Shown: one piece after another, positions 1-13,169 of the stretch
Position numbering within the stretch: the first letter of the stretch is position 1
Layout of the letters: the number at the start of each line of letters is the position of its first letter
From: Octopus sinensis
Taxonomy: Eukaryota
DNA: 64,000 bases
NCBI RefSeq assembly: GCF_006345805.1
Contig: NC_043014.1
Coordinates: 45,384,001-45,448,000, forward strand
Reading direction: 5' to 3'
Program-made: the position numbers and the translations under genes
Notes under the pieces: generated by a model
The model's database searches: none
The model's input: only the letters and a program-made list of their open reading frames with translations
What the model was told of the DNA's origin: nothing

Positions 1-125
1 ATATATATATACACATACACACATATTTATATATGTATATATATATATATTTGTATACATACATATATTATATATACATACACACATATCTATATATATA
101 TACATGTATCTGTATATACACACAC

Positions 126-174
<49 letters not shown>

Positions 175-268
175 ATATATATATATATGTATGTATATAT
201 ATATATATATACATACATACATACGCACATCTCTATCTATCTATCTATCTATCAATCTATCATCTATC

Positions 269-299
<31 letters not shown>

Positions 300-432
300 T
301 AACACAACACACACACATATCTATTTATCTATCTATCAATATATATTATACATTTATATATATGTATAGATATATATGTGTGTGTGTGTGTTGTTTATGT
401 ATATATATATATGTATATATATATATCTATAT

Positions 433-463
<31 letters not shown>

Positions 464-591
464 GTGTATATATATACATATATATACATATATACTTATA
501 TATATAAATATATATAAATACATATATATTTATGTATATATGCATGTATGTAGATATCTATGTATATCTATCTATCTATTTATCTATCTCT

Positions 592-626
<35 letters not shown>

Positions 627-1088
627 GAGATAGATAGATAGATAAGATTGAGAGAAATAGAGAGTGTATGTGTGCAGTTGGGGGCATACAAATAGCCGCA
701 TAAACAGAGAAAGCGAAATAGAAAAACAAAACAAACTAAGATGTCTCTAAATACCATTATATAAACATAGGCAGACTGAAAAGGTTGAGATAAAATGTTC
801 TAAATACAGATTCTGTATGGATAAAGGTAAATAAAAGCAAAAGGTAGAATATATTTAGATGCAACAGCCTAGACCCACATACATGCACATGTGTGTATGT
901 GTGTGTGTGTGTGTGTATGTGCCTGTGAAAGTGTGTGTTTCTGTTGTGTGCACATGCAAACCAAGATATATTAATCTAAATGTTTATATATATATATACA
1001 TATATATATATTACAACACACATATATATATATATATATATATTATATACAATATATATATACATATATATATATACAACACACACAC

Positions 1089-1119
<31 letters not shown>

Positions 1120-1163
1120 GGTATATATATAGATCGTTTAACATCCATCTTGCATGCATATAT

Positions 1164-1207
<44 letters not shown>

Positions 1208-1250
1208 TATATATATAATTATATATATATAATATATATATATACATATC

Positions 1251-1314
<64 letters not shown>

Positions 1315-1327
1315 TAAGCAATATAGG

Positions 1328-1358
<31 letters not shown>

Positions 1359-1400
1359 CAAACACACACACACACATATATATATATATATTATAATTTA
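1..1400. repeat. Compound (TA)n/(CA)n/(TATC)n microsatellite fields
   Basis: Direct reading; a short unique stretch lies at ~645-890. Confidence 0.9.
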
Positions 1401-1677
1401 ACATATATTTACAGGCCTAATGCAGCCTTCTGCTTCCCAGACCCCAGTTGAACCGTCCAACCCATGCTAGCATGGAAAGCGGACACTAAATGATCATGAT
1501 GATGATGATGATGTTCACACACACACATACATTTCATATATAGACAGACAGACAGATAGATAGATAGATAGATATACACATACACATATATATATATAGA
1601 TATATATATATATATACACATACATGTATCATCATCATCATCATTCAGCGTGATGATGATGATGATATATGTATGTG

Positions 1678-1722
<45 letters not shown>

Positions 1723-2465
1723 TGCATATACACACACATACACACACAGACATACACACACACGCACATATGTATGGTATGATGCATGATTTTTCTGAAA
1801 TTTTATAGCACCTCAGTCGTTTATCTGACACCAGAAGTTCATGCCTCATAATGCATACCATACACACAAACAACTGCACCTCCCATGACTACAGGTATAT
1901 ATTAATCTGTTTATATAAGAACGCATGTATACATGCATATACAGTTACGCGCACACACACACAAATACATATAAATTTATATGTGTGTGTATATCTATAT
2001 ATATATTTATAGGCCAGCATGGAATATATTTGTCAAATAATAATGATAATATATATAAATATGTATTATGATGTAATAGACGTACAAAATTAGCCAAACA
2101 CAGAAAAGTAAATAAAGTGGTTATGCCACAGATTTTATTTCCTCCGAGCAGGCAAAACTGGGTTGACCTGATTATTCTTTAGCCTTGTTAAACTGTCATC
2201 AGAGAAAGACTACCTGTCTTCTCTGCAAAGAGAAATTAGCAGCTTGTAGCTGTGTGTGTGCATACATGCATGCATGTGTGTGCTTGATGTGTGTATGTGT
2301 ATGTGTATTTGTGTCTTGGGATCAGACACTAGTTGCAAACAATTGCTACCATTAAACAATTGGTGTCATTTATTTACTATCTTCAATGAAAACATATCCA
2401 ACCTTTGCAATGTTTTATGTCAGAAGGACATGAAGAAACATTGTCTCAACATATATATTTACACA

Positions 2466-2870
2466 TAGAGTGGCTGTGTGGTAAGTAGCTTGCTTACAAG
2501 CTACATGGTTCCGGGTTAGGTCCCACTGCATGGCACCTTGGGCAAGTGTCTTCTACTATAGCTTCGGGCCAACCAAAGCCTTGTGAGTGGATTTGGTAGA
2601 CAGTAACTGAAAGAAGCCCGTCGTATATATGTATATATATGTCTGTGTGTGTATACGTTTGTGTGTCTGTGTTTGTCCCCCTGACACGGCTTGACAACCG
2701 ATGCTGGTGTGTTTACGTCCCTGTAACTTAGCAATTCAGCAAATGAGACTGATAGAATTAGTACTTGGCTTACAAAGAATAAGTCCTGTGGTCGATTTGC
2801 TCGACTGAAGGCGGTGCTCCTGCATGGCCGCAGTCAAATGCCTGAAACAAGTAAAAGAGTAAAGAGTAAA
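2466..2870 (+). mobile_element. Family A tRNA-headed SINE (CORE-like ccttgggcaagt, central (TA/TG)n, (GAGTAAA)n tail)
   Basis: Head ggagtggctgtgtggtaag...ccgggttcagtcc resembles A and B boxes. About 30 full or partial copies occur; others are near 8665, 17390, 21059, 22171, 23610, 27290-28220, 29580, 34978, 35410, 41690, 54140, 58600 and 59520. Confidence 0.85.
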
Positions 2871-4889
2871 TATATACACACATACATATATAGACAGACC
2901 AATAGATACATAGATATACATATATATATATATATATAGATATATATGTATACACACATACATGTATATATATACACATACACACACACACACACACATA
3001 TGGTGAGTTCCAAGAAGAGGAGGGATTACTTCCTGGAAAGTTCTCATGACGGGGGAAATATTTCCTGGAAAGTTTTGAGTAGGGACGAAGGTGAGGAATT
3101 ACTTCCTGGAAAGTTCCAATGAGGGACATGGCCATGCTGGGCAATTGCCTAGAGGCTTCATGGGGTCTCGGGGCCCAGTTCTGATTTTTTTATGCTGTAG
3201 CTTGCTGGCAATGGAAAATCTTCACATTCTGAGTTCAAATTTTGTCTTTCATCCTTTTGGGGTCAATGAAATAAGTATTCCAGTTGAGCCCTGGGGTTTG
3301 ATGTAATTGACTTACCCACTCTGCCAAACTTTCTGGCCTTGTGCCAAGATTTGAAACCAATAAATATCATGTCTGAATAAAAACTAGGATAATCTTGATT
3401 GGAAAGCCTTTGGTGACATGTTTGCATGATCTGGAGTCTAGACAAGGACAAAAACCATTTTTTAAATTAACCTATATAAGAAAAAACACATTAAAAGAAA
3501 GACACAGTGGATGATATAGATTATCTTGCTTCTCAAGAGGAACTGATCCTAATTGCTATTTGTTAATTAAGATACATCCTTTAGAAGCGGAGATAATTTT
3601 AAAACATCAAGAATTCATGTTGCATGGTATTTGTTATACCTGTATTTGTTAAAGAGCGAAGGAACTTTTGAGAGTCAACGGCCATCCAATAATTGTCTTA
3701 AAGCTGTATCATGCGCGGGGACATAGAAATAATCGGACTGAATACCCGATCGTGCGGTTAAGCCATTGGGAGTGAAGGACTCCTAGCCTTTGTTAGGGCA
3801 TCCTTTTAGGAGAAGGTAACTCAGGTAACTGGGATAACTCCGACATAAAACCTGCGGCTCAGTGGTTACCGATGATGTTGACTTGTTCTTCTTTTTGGAT
3901 TATGGCTGCTGTTGCTTAGTGAGTGAGATTGACTCAGTGCACAGCCTTTCCTCACTTTAAAAAAAAAATCTTCTTGCACAGGCATTGCACGATGACAACA
4001 TTGATTAAGCTTTGTGCAATGGCAATACTCGATAACGAGGGGGCAGCCACCATTTGTTGATGTTGTTCAGATGCATTGTGCACTATATTTAGGAATCAAA
4101 AGACGAGGTAGCAAATGCAGGAAAGTCTTCCCCCACTGAACTGCATGATTAGGGCCAGCTTGGGGCTAAACAAAAGCAATGGTAACAATGATAATAACCA
4201 CCACCACAACAACAACAATAACAACTGAAGCTTGCCTAGCTTCTGTGATAAGAACTGATACTGTTAGAGTGGTTCTGTCAAAATAATTTAAATATTCCAC
4301 CAGTAGCTTTACGTCAGAGGAGACAAAGTGCTGCAATTCAAGTGATTTACGAGATGCACATAAATCAAAGAAAACTACTCTGCAATTGCAATATGAAAGA
4401 AAAAACTGTATTTTGGTTTCTATGCAAGCATATGGCTCTTCATACCTGTTGCCAAGAATCACATTTGCTGTGTATAAGAGTATATCTTTTATCTTTTACT
4501 TGCTCCAGTCATTGGACTGCAGCCATGGTGGGACTGTCTTGAAATGTTTAGTTAAACAAATTTATCCCAGTGCTTTTTTTTTATATAATTTGTCTGGTAC
4601 TTACTCTATTGGACCCTTCTGCCAAATTATTAAGTTACAGGGACATAAACAGACCAATAGTTATTAAGTGGTGGTTGAGGAACAAACACAAAACACAAAC
4701 ACACACACACACACACACATTCATACACACAAACACCTATGAAGATACACATGCAGGTTTTGTTTCTACCAAATAGATATGCAAGGCATTGGTTAATCTC
4801 AGAATTTAACAGATGACTCATGCACCAGTGTTTTTAACCATATCATCATACCTGTGTCTATATATAATATATATATATTCCATTTCCCC

Positions 4890-5310
4890 TTCCCCCTTCC
4901 CCGGAACTTTCCAGGAAGTAATATCCTCCAAAATTTCCTGGAAGTCCCCAAATCCCTGGAACTTTCCAAGAATCCAAAAAAAAAATCACCGGAATTTTCC
5001 GAGAAACCTTCGGAACTTTCCACGAAGTCCCTATATCTTTGGAACTTGAAATCCTCAGAACTTTCCAGGAAGTCCCCAAATACTCGGGACTTTCAAGGAA
5101 ATCCTCACAACTTTCCGGGAAGTCCCCAAATCCTCAGAACTTTCCAGGAAGTCCGCAAATCCTCAGAACTTTCAAGGAAATCCCCAAATCCTCGGAAATT
5201 TCCGGGAAATCCACAAATCCTTGGAACTTTCAATGAAGCCCTCGGAACTTTCCAGAAAATCCCATCCTCATAACTTTCCAGGAAATCCCCGGAACTTTCC
5301 ATGAAATCCC
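4890..5310 (+). repeat. GC-richer minisatellite, ~15 units of ~20-30 bp with core GGAACTTTCCAGGAART
   Basis: Direct reading; three inverted units also occur at 3025-3120. Confidence 0.85.
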
Positions 5311-5465
5311 ATCCTTGGAAAGAGAAATAAATTTATTTCTCATTCGAAAGAGAAATAAATTCTGCATAAGGTGTAAAATATAAAAACATTTGTATGGTGT
5401 TAGTAACAAAATATTTTGTAAGAAATAGAACTTTTATCGTCAGTCTTAAATTTATTTTTCCCCAT

Positions 5466-5509
<44 letters not shown>

Positions 5510-6229
5510 TAAATACACACACAAACACACATATATATATATAGATATATATATATATATACATATATATGTGTGTGTATGTATATGCTTATATGTGTGT
5601 ATATAACATACACACACATATCTAGGCTTGATCCAAAAGAGAAAATGTGATGAAGAAAACAAGATTAAAAAAACAACAAAAGCAAATAAAAAAAAAAGAG
5701 CTGGAATTGAAATGCACAAAAAAAAATCCAGTCAGGAGAAAAATATATAAAAATATATAAAAATCCAAGAAAAAAAAAGTGTTTGAAGGACAAAGATAAT
5801 AATATAAACAAATGTAAATAATATTTTGTTATTTCTTTTTGTTTTTTTTTGGGGTTTTGTTTTTACCATTTGTATGGCTGTTACAAAACAGTGTTTTGGT
5901 GATGCTGAAACATGCAGAAATCCAAAGTGAACTTTGGCATTTGTTCAGCGGTGTAACACAATTCAGCGAAAACAAAACAAAAGAGGAATAGCTAAGGAGA
6001 GAAAAGAAGAAGAAAAAAAATTGCAGAAGCAATGCAACAGCAACAGCAGAGACAGATTGAAGCAGCAGACACATTAGCAAATGTGTAAATTCTATGAGCA
6101 GATGCACAATCTCATCTCGTGGTAGATAAAAACCGTAAGCATGCAAGAATGAAAGAGAAAACATCTGATATGAAAAATGGCCCCGTTTACATCCAATAAA
6201 AACAATGTGGGTGTTGTATATGCATACAT

Positions 6230-6611
6230 GTATTTGTGTGTGTGTGTGTGTGTGTGCGCACACACACACACACACGTATGTACATATAAATGATGTGTGT
6301 ATGTGTATTGTGTTTGTATATATATATATCATCATCGTCGTTTAACGTCCGTTCTGTATATATGTATGTATGTATGGATGTATGGATGTATGTATGAATG
6401 TATGTATATGTGTGTGTATGTATGTTTGGTGTGTGTGTGTGTGTGTGTATAAATATACCTATATATTTGTATGCAATCTATATTTGTACACAAAATGTTA
6501 TATAAATATATACATATATAATTGTATACATACATACATGCATGCATACACACATACATACATACATATACACATACATATACACATACACGCATACATA
6601 CATACATACAC

Positions 6612-6644
<33 letters not shown>

Positions 6645-6677
6645 TACATACATACATACATACACACATACATACAC

Positions 6678-6708
<31 letters not shown>

Positions 6709-6730
6709 CACATACATACATACATATAGG
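6230..6730. repeat. (TG)n/(TACA)n compound microsatellite
   Basis: Direct reading. Confidence 0.9.
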
Positions 6731-6969
6731 GTATGTTATTGTTATGTGCTAATGCAATGAAATACAAGTTGCACAATAACAACTTCAAAGAGACTGAATA
6801 CAGAACTTGTAGCTAAATACTAGTAAATACTAGTGACTATAAGACCTACACAAAATACAGATAAATAATGTAAACTATTTCATGAAGAAAACAAATCCTG
6901 TCAAAGAAAAAAAGAAAGAAAAAGAAAAGAGAGAAAATAATATTCTTCATTCAACATATTTTGAAGCCC

Positions 6970-7205
6970 TTGTAAGGCGGCAAGCTGGCAGAATCGTTAG
7001 CATGCTGGGCGAAGTGCATAGCCGTATTTCGTCTGTCGTTAGGTTCTGAGTTCAAATTCCGCCGAGGTCGACTTTGCCTTTCATCCTTTCGGGGTCGATT
7101 AAATAAGTACCAGTTGCGCACTGGGGTCGATGTAATCGACTCGATTCCTTTGTCTGTCCTTGTTTGTCCCCTCTATGTTTAGCCCCTTGTGGGTAGTAAA
7201 GAAAT
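6970..7205 (+). mobile_element. Family B tRNA-headed SINE with a 14-bp TSD
   Basis: ggcggcaagctggcagaatcgttagc...gagttcaaattccgcc head, central gcctttcatcctttcggggtcgat..agtaccag block (recalls the Sauria/Meta-type domain; not verified), end aaagaaata. TSD atattttgaagccc at 6956-6969 and 7206-7219. Confidence 0.85.
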
Positions 7206-7261
7206 ATATTTTGAAGCCCCTGTCTCTTCCCTATATAACCCACACAAACCTAATATTTTTT

Positions 7262-7628
7262 TTTTTACTTGTTTCAGTCATTTGACTGCGGCCAGGCTGG
7301 AGCACCGCCTTTAGTCGAGCAACTCGACCCCAGGACTTATTCTTTGTAAGCCCAGTACTTATTCTATCAGTCTCTTTTTGCCGAACCGCTAAGTAACGGG
7401 GACGTAAACACACCAGCATCGGTTGTCAAGCAATACTAGGGGGACAAACACAGACACACAAACACACATACAGTTTCAGTTTCTGTCTACCAAATCCACT
7501 CACAAGGCATTGGTCGGCCCGGGGCTATAGCAGAAGACACTTGCCCAAGATTCCACGCAGTGGGACTGAACCCGGAACCATGTGGTTGGTTAGCAAGCTA
7601 CTTACCACACAGTCACTCCTGCGCCTAT
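7262..7628 (-). mobile_element. Family A SINE
   Basis: Full-length reverse-complement copy. Confidence 0.85.
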
Positions 7629-7940
7629 ATAGTCAATATATTTAATTTTTTTAAAGAATTTAAATTCCATACTGTACTGTATGTCAGGCCATTTTGAATG
7701 ATTTTGGTGGAATATCGGTTTTTCTTTGGGAAAAGACTGGTTGCCCCTCACTCAACTCCTAACTCCATTCCTGGAGGGAAAAGGATTTTGTGACCACAGC
7801 ACACACACCTACACCCACACCAGAGGCGTAACCAAATTCTAAAGTTAGTGGGAGCGAGCACATAGCACATAAAAAAAAGGGCACCATGACACATACCAAA
7901 CAATTTTTAACTCATTTCACATATATTCTCTCTTTTTTCT

Positions 7941-8338
7941 CTTTTTACTTGTTTCAGTCATTTTGACTGCGGCCATGCTGGAGCACCGCCTTTAATCGAG
8001 CAACTCGACCCCGGGACTTATTCTTTTGTAAGCCCAGTACTTATTCTATCGGTCTCTTTTGCCGAACCGCTAAGTGACGGGGACATAAACACACCAGCAT
8101 CGGTTGTCAAGCAATGCTAGGGGGACAAATACAGACACACAAACATACACGCACACACACATATATATATATACATATATACGACAGGCTTCTTTCAGTT
8201 TCCGTCTACCAAATCCACTCACAAGGCTTCGGTCGGCCCGAGGTTATAGTGGAAGACACTTGCCTAAGGTGCCACACAGTGGGACTGAACCCGGAACCAT
8301 GTGGTTGGTAAGCAAGCTACTTACCACACAGCCACTCT
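7941..8338 (-). mobile_element. Family A SINE
   Basis: Full-length reverse-complement copy. Confidence 0.85.
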
Positions 8339-9210
8339 TGTGTTATAATATTAGTTATAATATATGTAATTGTATTCTGCATTCCTTAATTTCATGTTTT
8401 AGTAACAAAGTTGTTATGTATGTAACTTACAACTACTGATATATATATAACTAATGAGTTAAAAAAAAATTGTTGAAAAGGCGCCAATTTTCAAGGTTGT
8501 GCCTGGTGGGGGAGTGGTTTCTCCCCTTGCTCCCCTATTAGCTATGCCACTACCCAACAACCTTTTCAGAGCACAACACAGCTGATTCAGAAAGTGACAG
8601 AGACATTGACAGACAGAGGAATATTTACCAAAAAATGCCTATAATTTAGTTTTACTTACATATGGGCATAGGAGTGGCTGTGTTGTAAGTAGCTTGTTTA
8701 CAAACCACATGGTTCCGGGCTCAGTCCCACTGTATGGCACCTTGGGCAAGTGTCTTCTACTATAGCCTTGGGTCGACCAAAGCCTTAAACTTTTACATAA
8801 ATGTGTGTATATATGTGTTTGTCTCAGAGGTATGTACATATTGAGTTGCGTTAATGTGAGAGACATGTTTTAAATTTTCCACTTCTCACCTGGTTTCCAT
8901 CAAAAAGATTATATCAAGAGGTAAGATTTCAGATAAACAGCCCTATTAGAGTTTGAATAAGGAAACAAGTTTTTTAAGAAGTATAAATATTCTCAAGTAT
9001 TTTTACATTTAGAGAATATTTTTACTTTTAAGTAAAACGAGGAAGTGTTATTTTTTTAAGATGTCACATGGTTGAATGCACACTCACTCTCTCTCTCACA
9101 CACACACATGTAATAGTTTGCATACATATGAATTTAATTACTTGTTTATCTTCCTCTCTTCTTCTGCCCCCCTCTCTCTACATAAATAAATAAATAAATA
9201 TATGCATACA

Positions 9211-9250
<40 letters not shown>

Positions 9251-9357
9251 AAAAGAGAGAGAGAAAGAGACAATTAGTTTATAAAGGACAACACAAGAAG
9301 AACAAGTGTTTTAACAAAATGGTACTAGTTTAACACTTTAATGGAGAAAGGGAGTGT

Positions 9358-9391
9358 CTTGACGGTTTGGACGTTGGTCCTTCATCAGAAG
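9358..9391 (-). ncRNA. Degenerate minimal hammerhead-like motif (G12 missing)
   Basis: Minus strand reads CTT-CTGATGA-A-GGAC caac GTCC-AAAC-C-GTC-AAG. Confidence 0.35.
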
Positions 9392-9765
9392 TAAAGAAAG
9401 AGAGAAGTGTCAGCAGAGTGGCAAAGAGAAATAGTCAGTATAAATGCATATAAAAAAGTAGAGGAAGAGCATAGAAGGAAAGTAAAAAACTAGGAAAAAA
9501 AGAAGGTGGAAATGTTGTTCTCTGGAGCAGTGGTTGGGAATGGTGGGATGTATATATATATATGTGGATACATGCATCAGAGTGTTTCCTGTGTCTGAAA
9601 ACAGGCAAAAATGGGGGTGGTGTGTGGGGGTGTTAGTGACACAACCCTATCTGTGCATGAATGAAAATTTTTGCACCTGTAGTCCATGTCAGTTCTCAAT
9701 TGTTACACCTAGAGTACAGACAAATAGTGCACGCTTGTCAAATTTTTGTTTTCGTTGAACACATT

Positions 9766-9985
9766 GAGCCGAGATATGGCATCAAGTTTTGTTAAAAGCT
9801 TGATGAAACACAAGCTCAGACCTTCCAGAAGATTCAGCAGGCCTTTGGTGATGATGCCATGGCCAAAACTTAGATCAAGGTGTGGTACAACCACTTCAAA
9901 CACAGTCGTATCTCAGTAGAGAGTGAGGCATGCTCAGACAGGCCATCCACAAGCCAAAACAAGGAGTTTGATTGAGAAGGTTTGG
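9766..9985 (+). pseudogene. Degenerate mariner transposase, N-terminal HTH part
   Basis: EPRYGIKFC*KLDETQAQTFQKIQQAFGDDAMAKT*IKVWYNHFKHSRISVESEACSDRPSTSQNKE matches the mariner EQRxxIKFC...W...F..GR.S.E....SGRP motif; it has two in-frame stops. Confidence 0.8.
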
Positions 9986-10125
9986 CAGATCTTTACCTTT
10001 TGACCGACAGATTTAAAAAATAATTTTTTGTAACTAAACACTTTCAAACTTCGGACACTGGTAGAATGTGCCATATAAAACAACTTTTACTCTCAGCATT
10101 TTTAAGAAAAGCTTATATTTAGAAA

Positions 10126-10553
10126 GTTATTTCACGTTAAATTTGTAGTATTTCGGTAATTTCAACCAATCAATGATGTGTATTCAGTTGAATAAAATTA
10201 CTGCTGTTGTTTGTCAACAAGAACTTCCAGTGGTGTATATTTCGTTTGTCACTGTTATTTATGACAACCCTAACCCTAAAACCTTAACCCTAACCCTAAA
10301 ACCCCAACCCTAACCCTAAAACTCTAACCGTAACCCTAAAATCCTAACCTTAACACCCTAACCCTAAAACCTTAAAACCTTAAAGCTAAAACAAGTAGAA
10401 ACGCACGAACGATGTCATAAATAACAATGACAAACGAAAAATACACCGCTGATAGTTGTTGTTGACAAGCAACAGCAGTAATTTTATTCAGCTGAATACA
10501 CATCATTGATTGGTTGAAATTATCGAAATACTACAACTTTAACGTGAAATAAC
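10126..10553. repeat. 141-bp inverted repeat enclosing telomere-like (CCCTAA)n variants
   Basis: Arms 10126-10266 and 10413-10553 are reverse complements with a few mismatches; the loop contains ccctaa/ccttaa/ccctaaaa units. Confidence 0.85.
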
Positions 10554-10737
10554 CGACGTCGCCTAACGGCGCGAAAATTTTTCTGCCTGCACAGAAAGGG
10601 TGGCGTAACCGCCCACCCACAGGATTTTGCCCACACAGTATTATTTTTGCCGATAAAAGATTAAGTCGGTAAAACATTAAGCCGTTTTGAACGCACCTCA
10701 TATATAAGAAAACATACATTTACACGTGTACGTGTGT

Positions 10738-10786
<49 letters not shown>

Positions 10787-10929
10787 TATATGGTTAATAT
10801 ATGTGTGATGTGTATCTTCCGTGCTGTAATTGTTTTAGTTTCAACAGATCAAATCGCTTGCCAGACATATACAACTTCAAAAGTATGTATATGTATATAC
10901 TTAGAGAAAGCAACAGAGGGTTAGAGGTA

Positions 10930-11545
10930 CGTAAATGCATACATACATACATACATACATACATACATACATACATACATACATAAATACATACATACAC
11001 ACATACATAACATACACACATACATACATACATAACATACACACATACATACACACATACATACACACATACATACATACATACATACATACATACATAC
11101 ATACATACATACATACATACATACATACATAGAAAAATGTACGTACATGCGCACGAACATAACTTATATGTGATACATCCTCGCATGTACCTACAGAGCA
11201 TCTATCATCTGTATTTCACTAAAACCTCTTCTCACACCTCGCAAACATACAAGACCAACACACACACACACATGTAGATGACGTATGTGTGTGTGTGTCC
11301 ATGTGTATGTGTACGTGTGTGTGTATGTGCGTGTACGTGTGTGTGTATATGTGTGTGTACGTGTGTGTGTACGTATACGTGAGTGTGTGTGCGTGTACGT
11401 GTGTGTGTGTGTATATGTGTGCGTGCGTGTGTGTATGTACGTGTCCATGTGTGTGTGTATATGTGTGTGTGGTGTGTGTATATATGTGTGCGTGCGTGTG
11501 TGTATATGTGTGTGCGCGCGTGTGTGTGTGTACGTGTGCGTACGT
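10930..11545. repeat. (CATA)n and (TG)n compound microsatellites
   Basis: Direct reading. Confidence 0.9.
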
Positions 11546-11874
11546 TCCACAGTTGACACACCCATTCGCCTGGTGCCGAAATCTCAAGAGTTTGATTACC
11601 ATTACTGAAAGAATTTAAGCATCTCTTTCCAGTCGTACTTGCTTGAAAACCCTGTAGAACTATTCCTTGGAACATGTGACTAGCCATAAAACGTGACACC
11701 TGGGTGGACTAGTGAAAAATAAAGAGTTGCAGACGGTTTAGATAGAATACAGGAGTTGTTTACGATGAAATAATAAGTACACACTTATTATACGGGTACT
11801 TCTTAAGCGGGTAGAGTGTGTGTTAGTACGTGAGTATTTATATGGCAGCAGTTCACTATATCTCTCTTTACGAA

Positions 11875-12107
11875 AGGCGGCGAGCTGGCAGAAACGTTTG
11901 CACGCCGGGCGAAATGCGTAGCCGTATTTCGTCTGCCGTTACGCTCTGAGTTCAAATTCCGCCGAGGTCGACTTTGCCTTTCGTCCTTTCGGGGTCGATT
12001 AAATAAGTACCAGTTACGCACTGGGGTCGATGTAATCGACTTAAATCCCTTTGTCTGTCCTTGTTTGTCCCCTCTGTGTTTAGCCCCTTGTGGGTGGTAA
12101 AGAAATA
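11875..12107 (+). mobile_element. Family B SINE
   Basis: Full-length copy. Confidence 0.85.
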
Positions 12108-12399
12108 TATTTTAAAGGTTGAGGTACAATTTGCGGGATATTTAGCTGCTATTTCTAGCATGTTGAGTGACCACGTCAGTTGTTTCGGATAGGATGTAGA
12201 AGTACACAAGTACTTTTTCTCTAAGTAAATACATTAATGCGTGTATGTGTGTGTGTTAATTATGTGTGTATTATGTTCTTGTATATATTATTCATGTTAT
12301 TCCAGTTTGCTCCAGATCAACCCAGATAGAGCAGAGCTAAAATCAAAAGCATCTTAGTCATGAATATCTTATCTTTTAGGGTTACAAAGAACTACATTA

Positions 12400-12837
12400 G
12401 GATCTTTTCGGTTTGAACGGTAGTTTTTAACATAATTTCTAGGTAACTAAAAAAATTTAAACTTCGTATACTGGTAGAATGTGTTTATAAAACTTCTTTT
12501 TCTCTTGGCTTTATTGAGAAAATTCTATAGTTTGTAAGATATTTGTTGTTGGGTTTTTTTTCTTCAATTTCTGCAATTTCAACCAATCAATGACGTCCAT
12601 TGAGGTAAAAAAAAAAACATTCTGTGCCGTATGAATATGTCCCTCGTTTAAGAAACAGATTGGGTTTATTTACATTTCTGAAGAAAAAAAAGATACCCTT
12701 CCCCCCACCCCTAATCCTAACCCTAACTAACCCTAAAACAGATTGAAATGCAATAGATCGATACTAGGGTCATAATTATGGGTGACAATTTCATATGACA
12801 CCGCTAAAAAATACTGCCGTTCAAACCGAAAAGATCC
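12400..12837. mobile_element. Merlin-like MITE (GG termini, ~28-bp TIR, 8-bp TSD CTACATTA)
   Basis: GGATCTTTTCGGTTTGAACGG...CCGTTCAAACCGAAAAGATCC flanked by ctacatta at 12392-12399 and 12838-12845; internal CCCTAA-like repeats. Confidence 0.8.
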
Positions 12838-13169
12838 CTACATTATCTAATGTGGCTATTACTTATTTTTCAAGGCAGTGGGATTTTAGGGAAAATTGGC
12901 TGCTATTACTAGCATGTCAAGAGACCACATAAAGAAACACTCGTTGTATGCAGTTGTTAATATTAATTTTTATTTAGGATCAAGTCAGCCCTGATGCACT
13001 TGGTCTATGTTCAGAAAGAGTCGTTCTAACCGTGACCATCTTGTTTTGTATGCCGCAAGCTTGTTTAATATATCGTTTTTGTTGTTGTTTTTTTTAAAGA
13101 AATTCGGTGTGAATTAAGAGAGATTTTGGCTGCTCTTTCTAGCAGGTCTATGATCACATAGAGACCCTT

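Noticed and set aside
1809-1894. Possible plus-strand exon (ttttatag|...CAG|gtatat, open frame HLSRLSDTRSSCLIMHTIHTNNCTSHDY)
   Set aside because: No recognisable homology, weak polypyrimidine tract and no compatible neighbouring exons.
4166-4462. 98-aa minus-strand ORF ending in a hydrophobic VVIVVVVVVVIIIV stretch (apparent TM anchor)
   Set aside because: The hydrophobic run comes from (CAA)n/(CCA)n repeats. Joining it to the 5867-5991 candidate exon gives an immediate stop, and no family is recognised.
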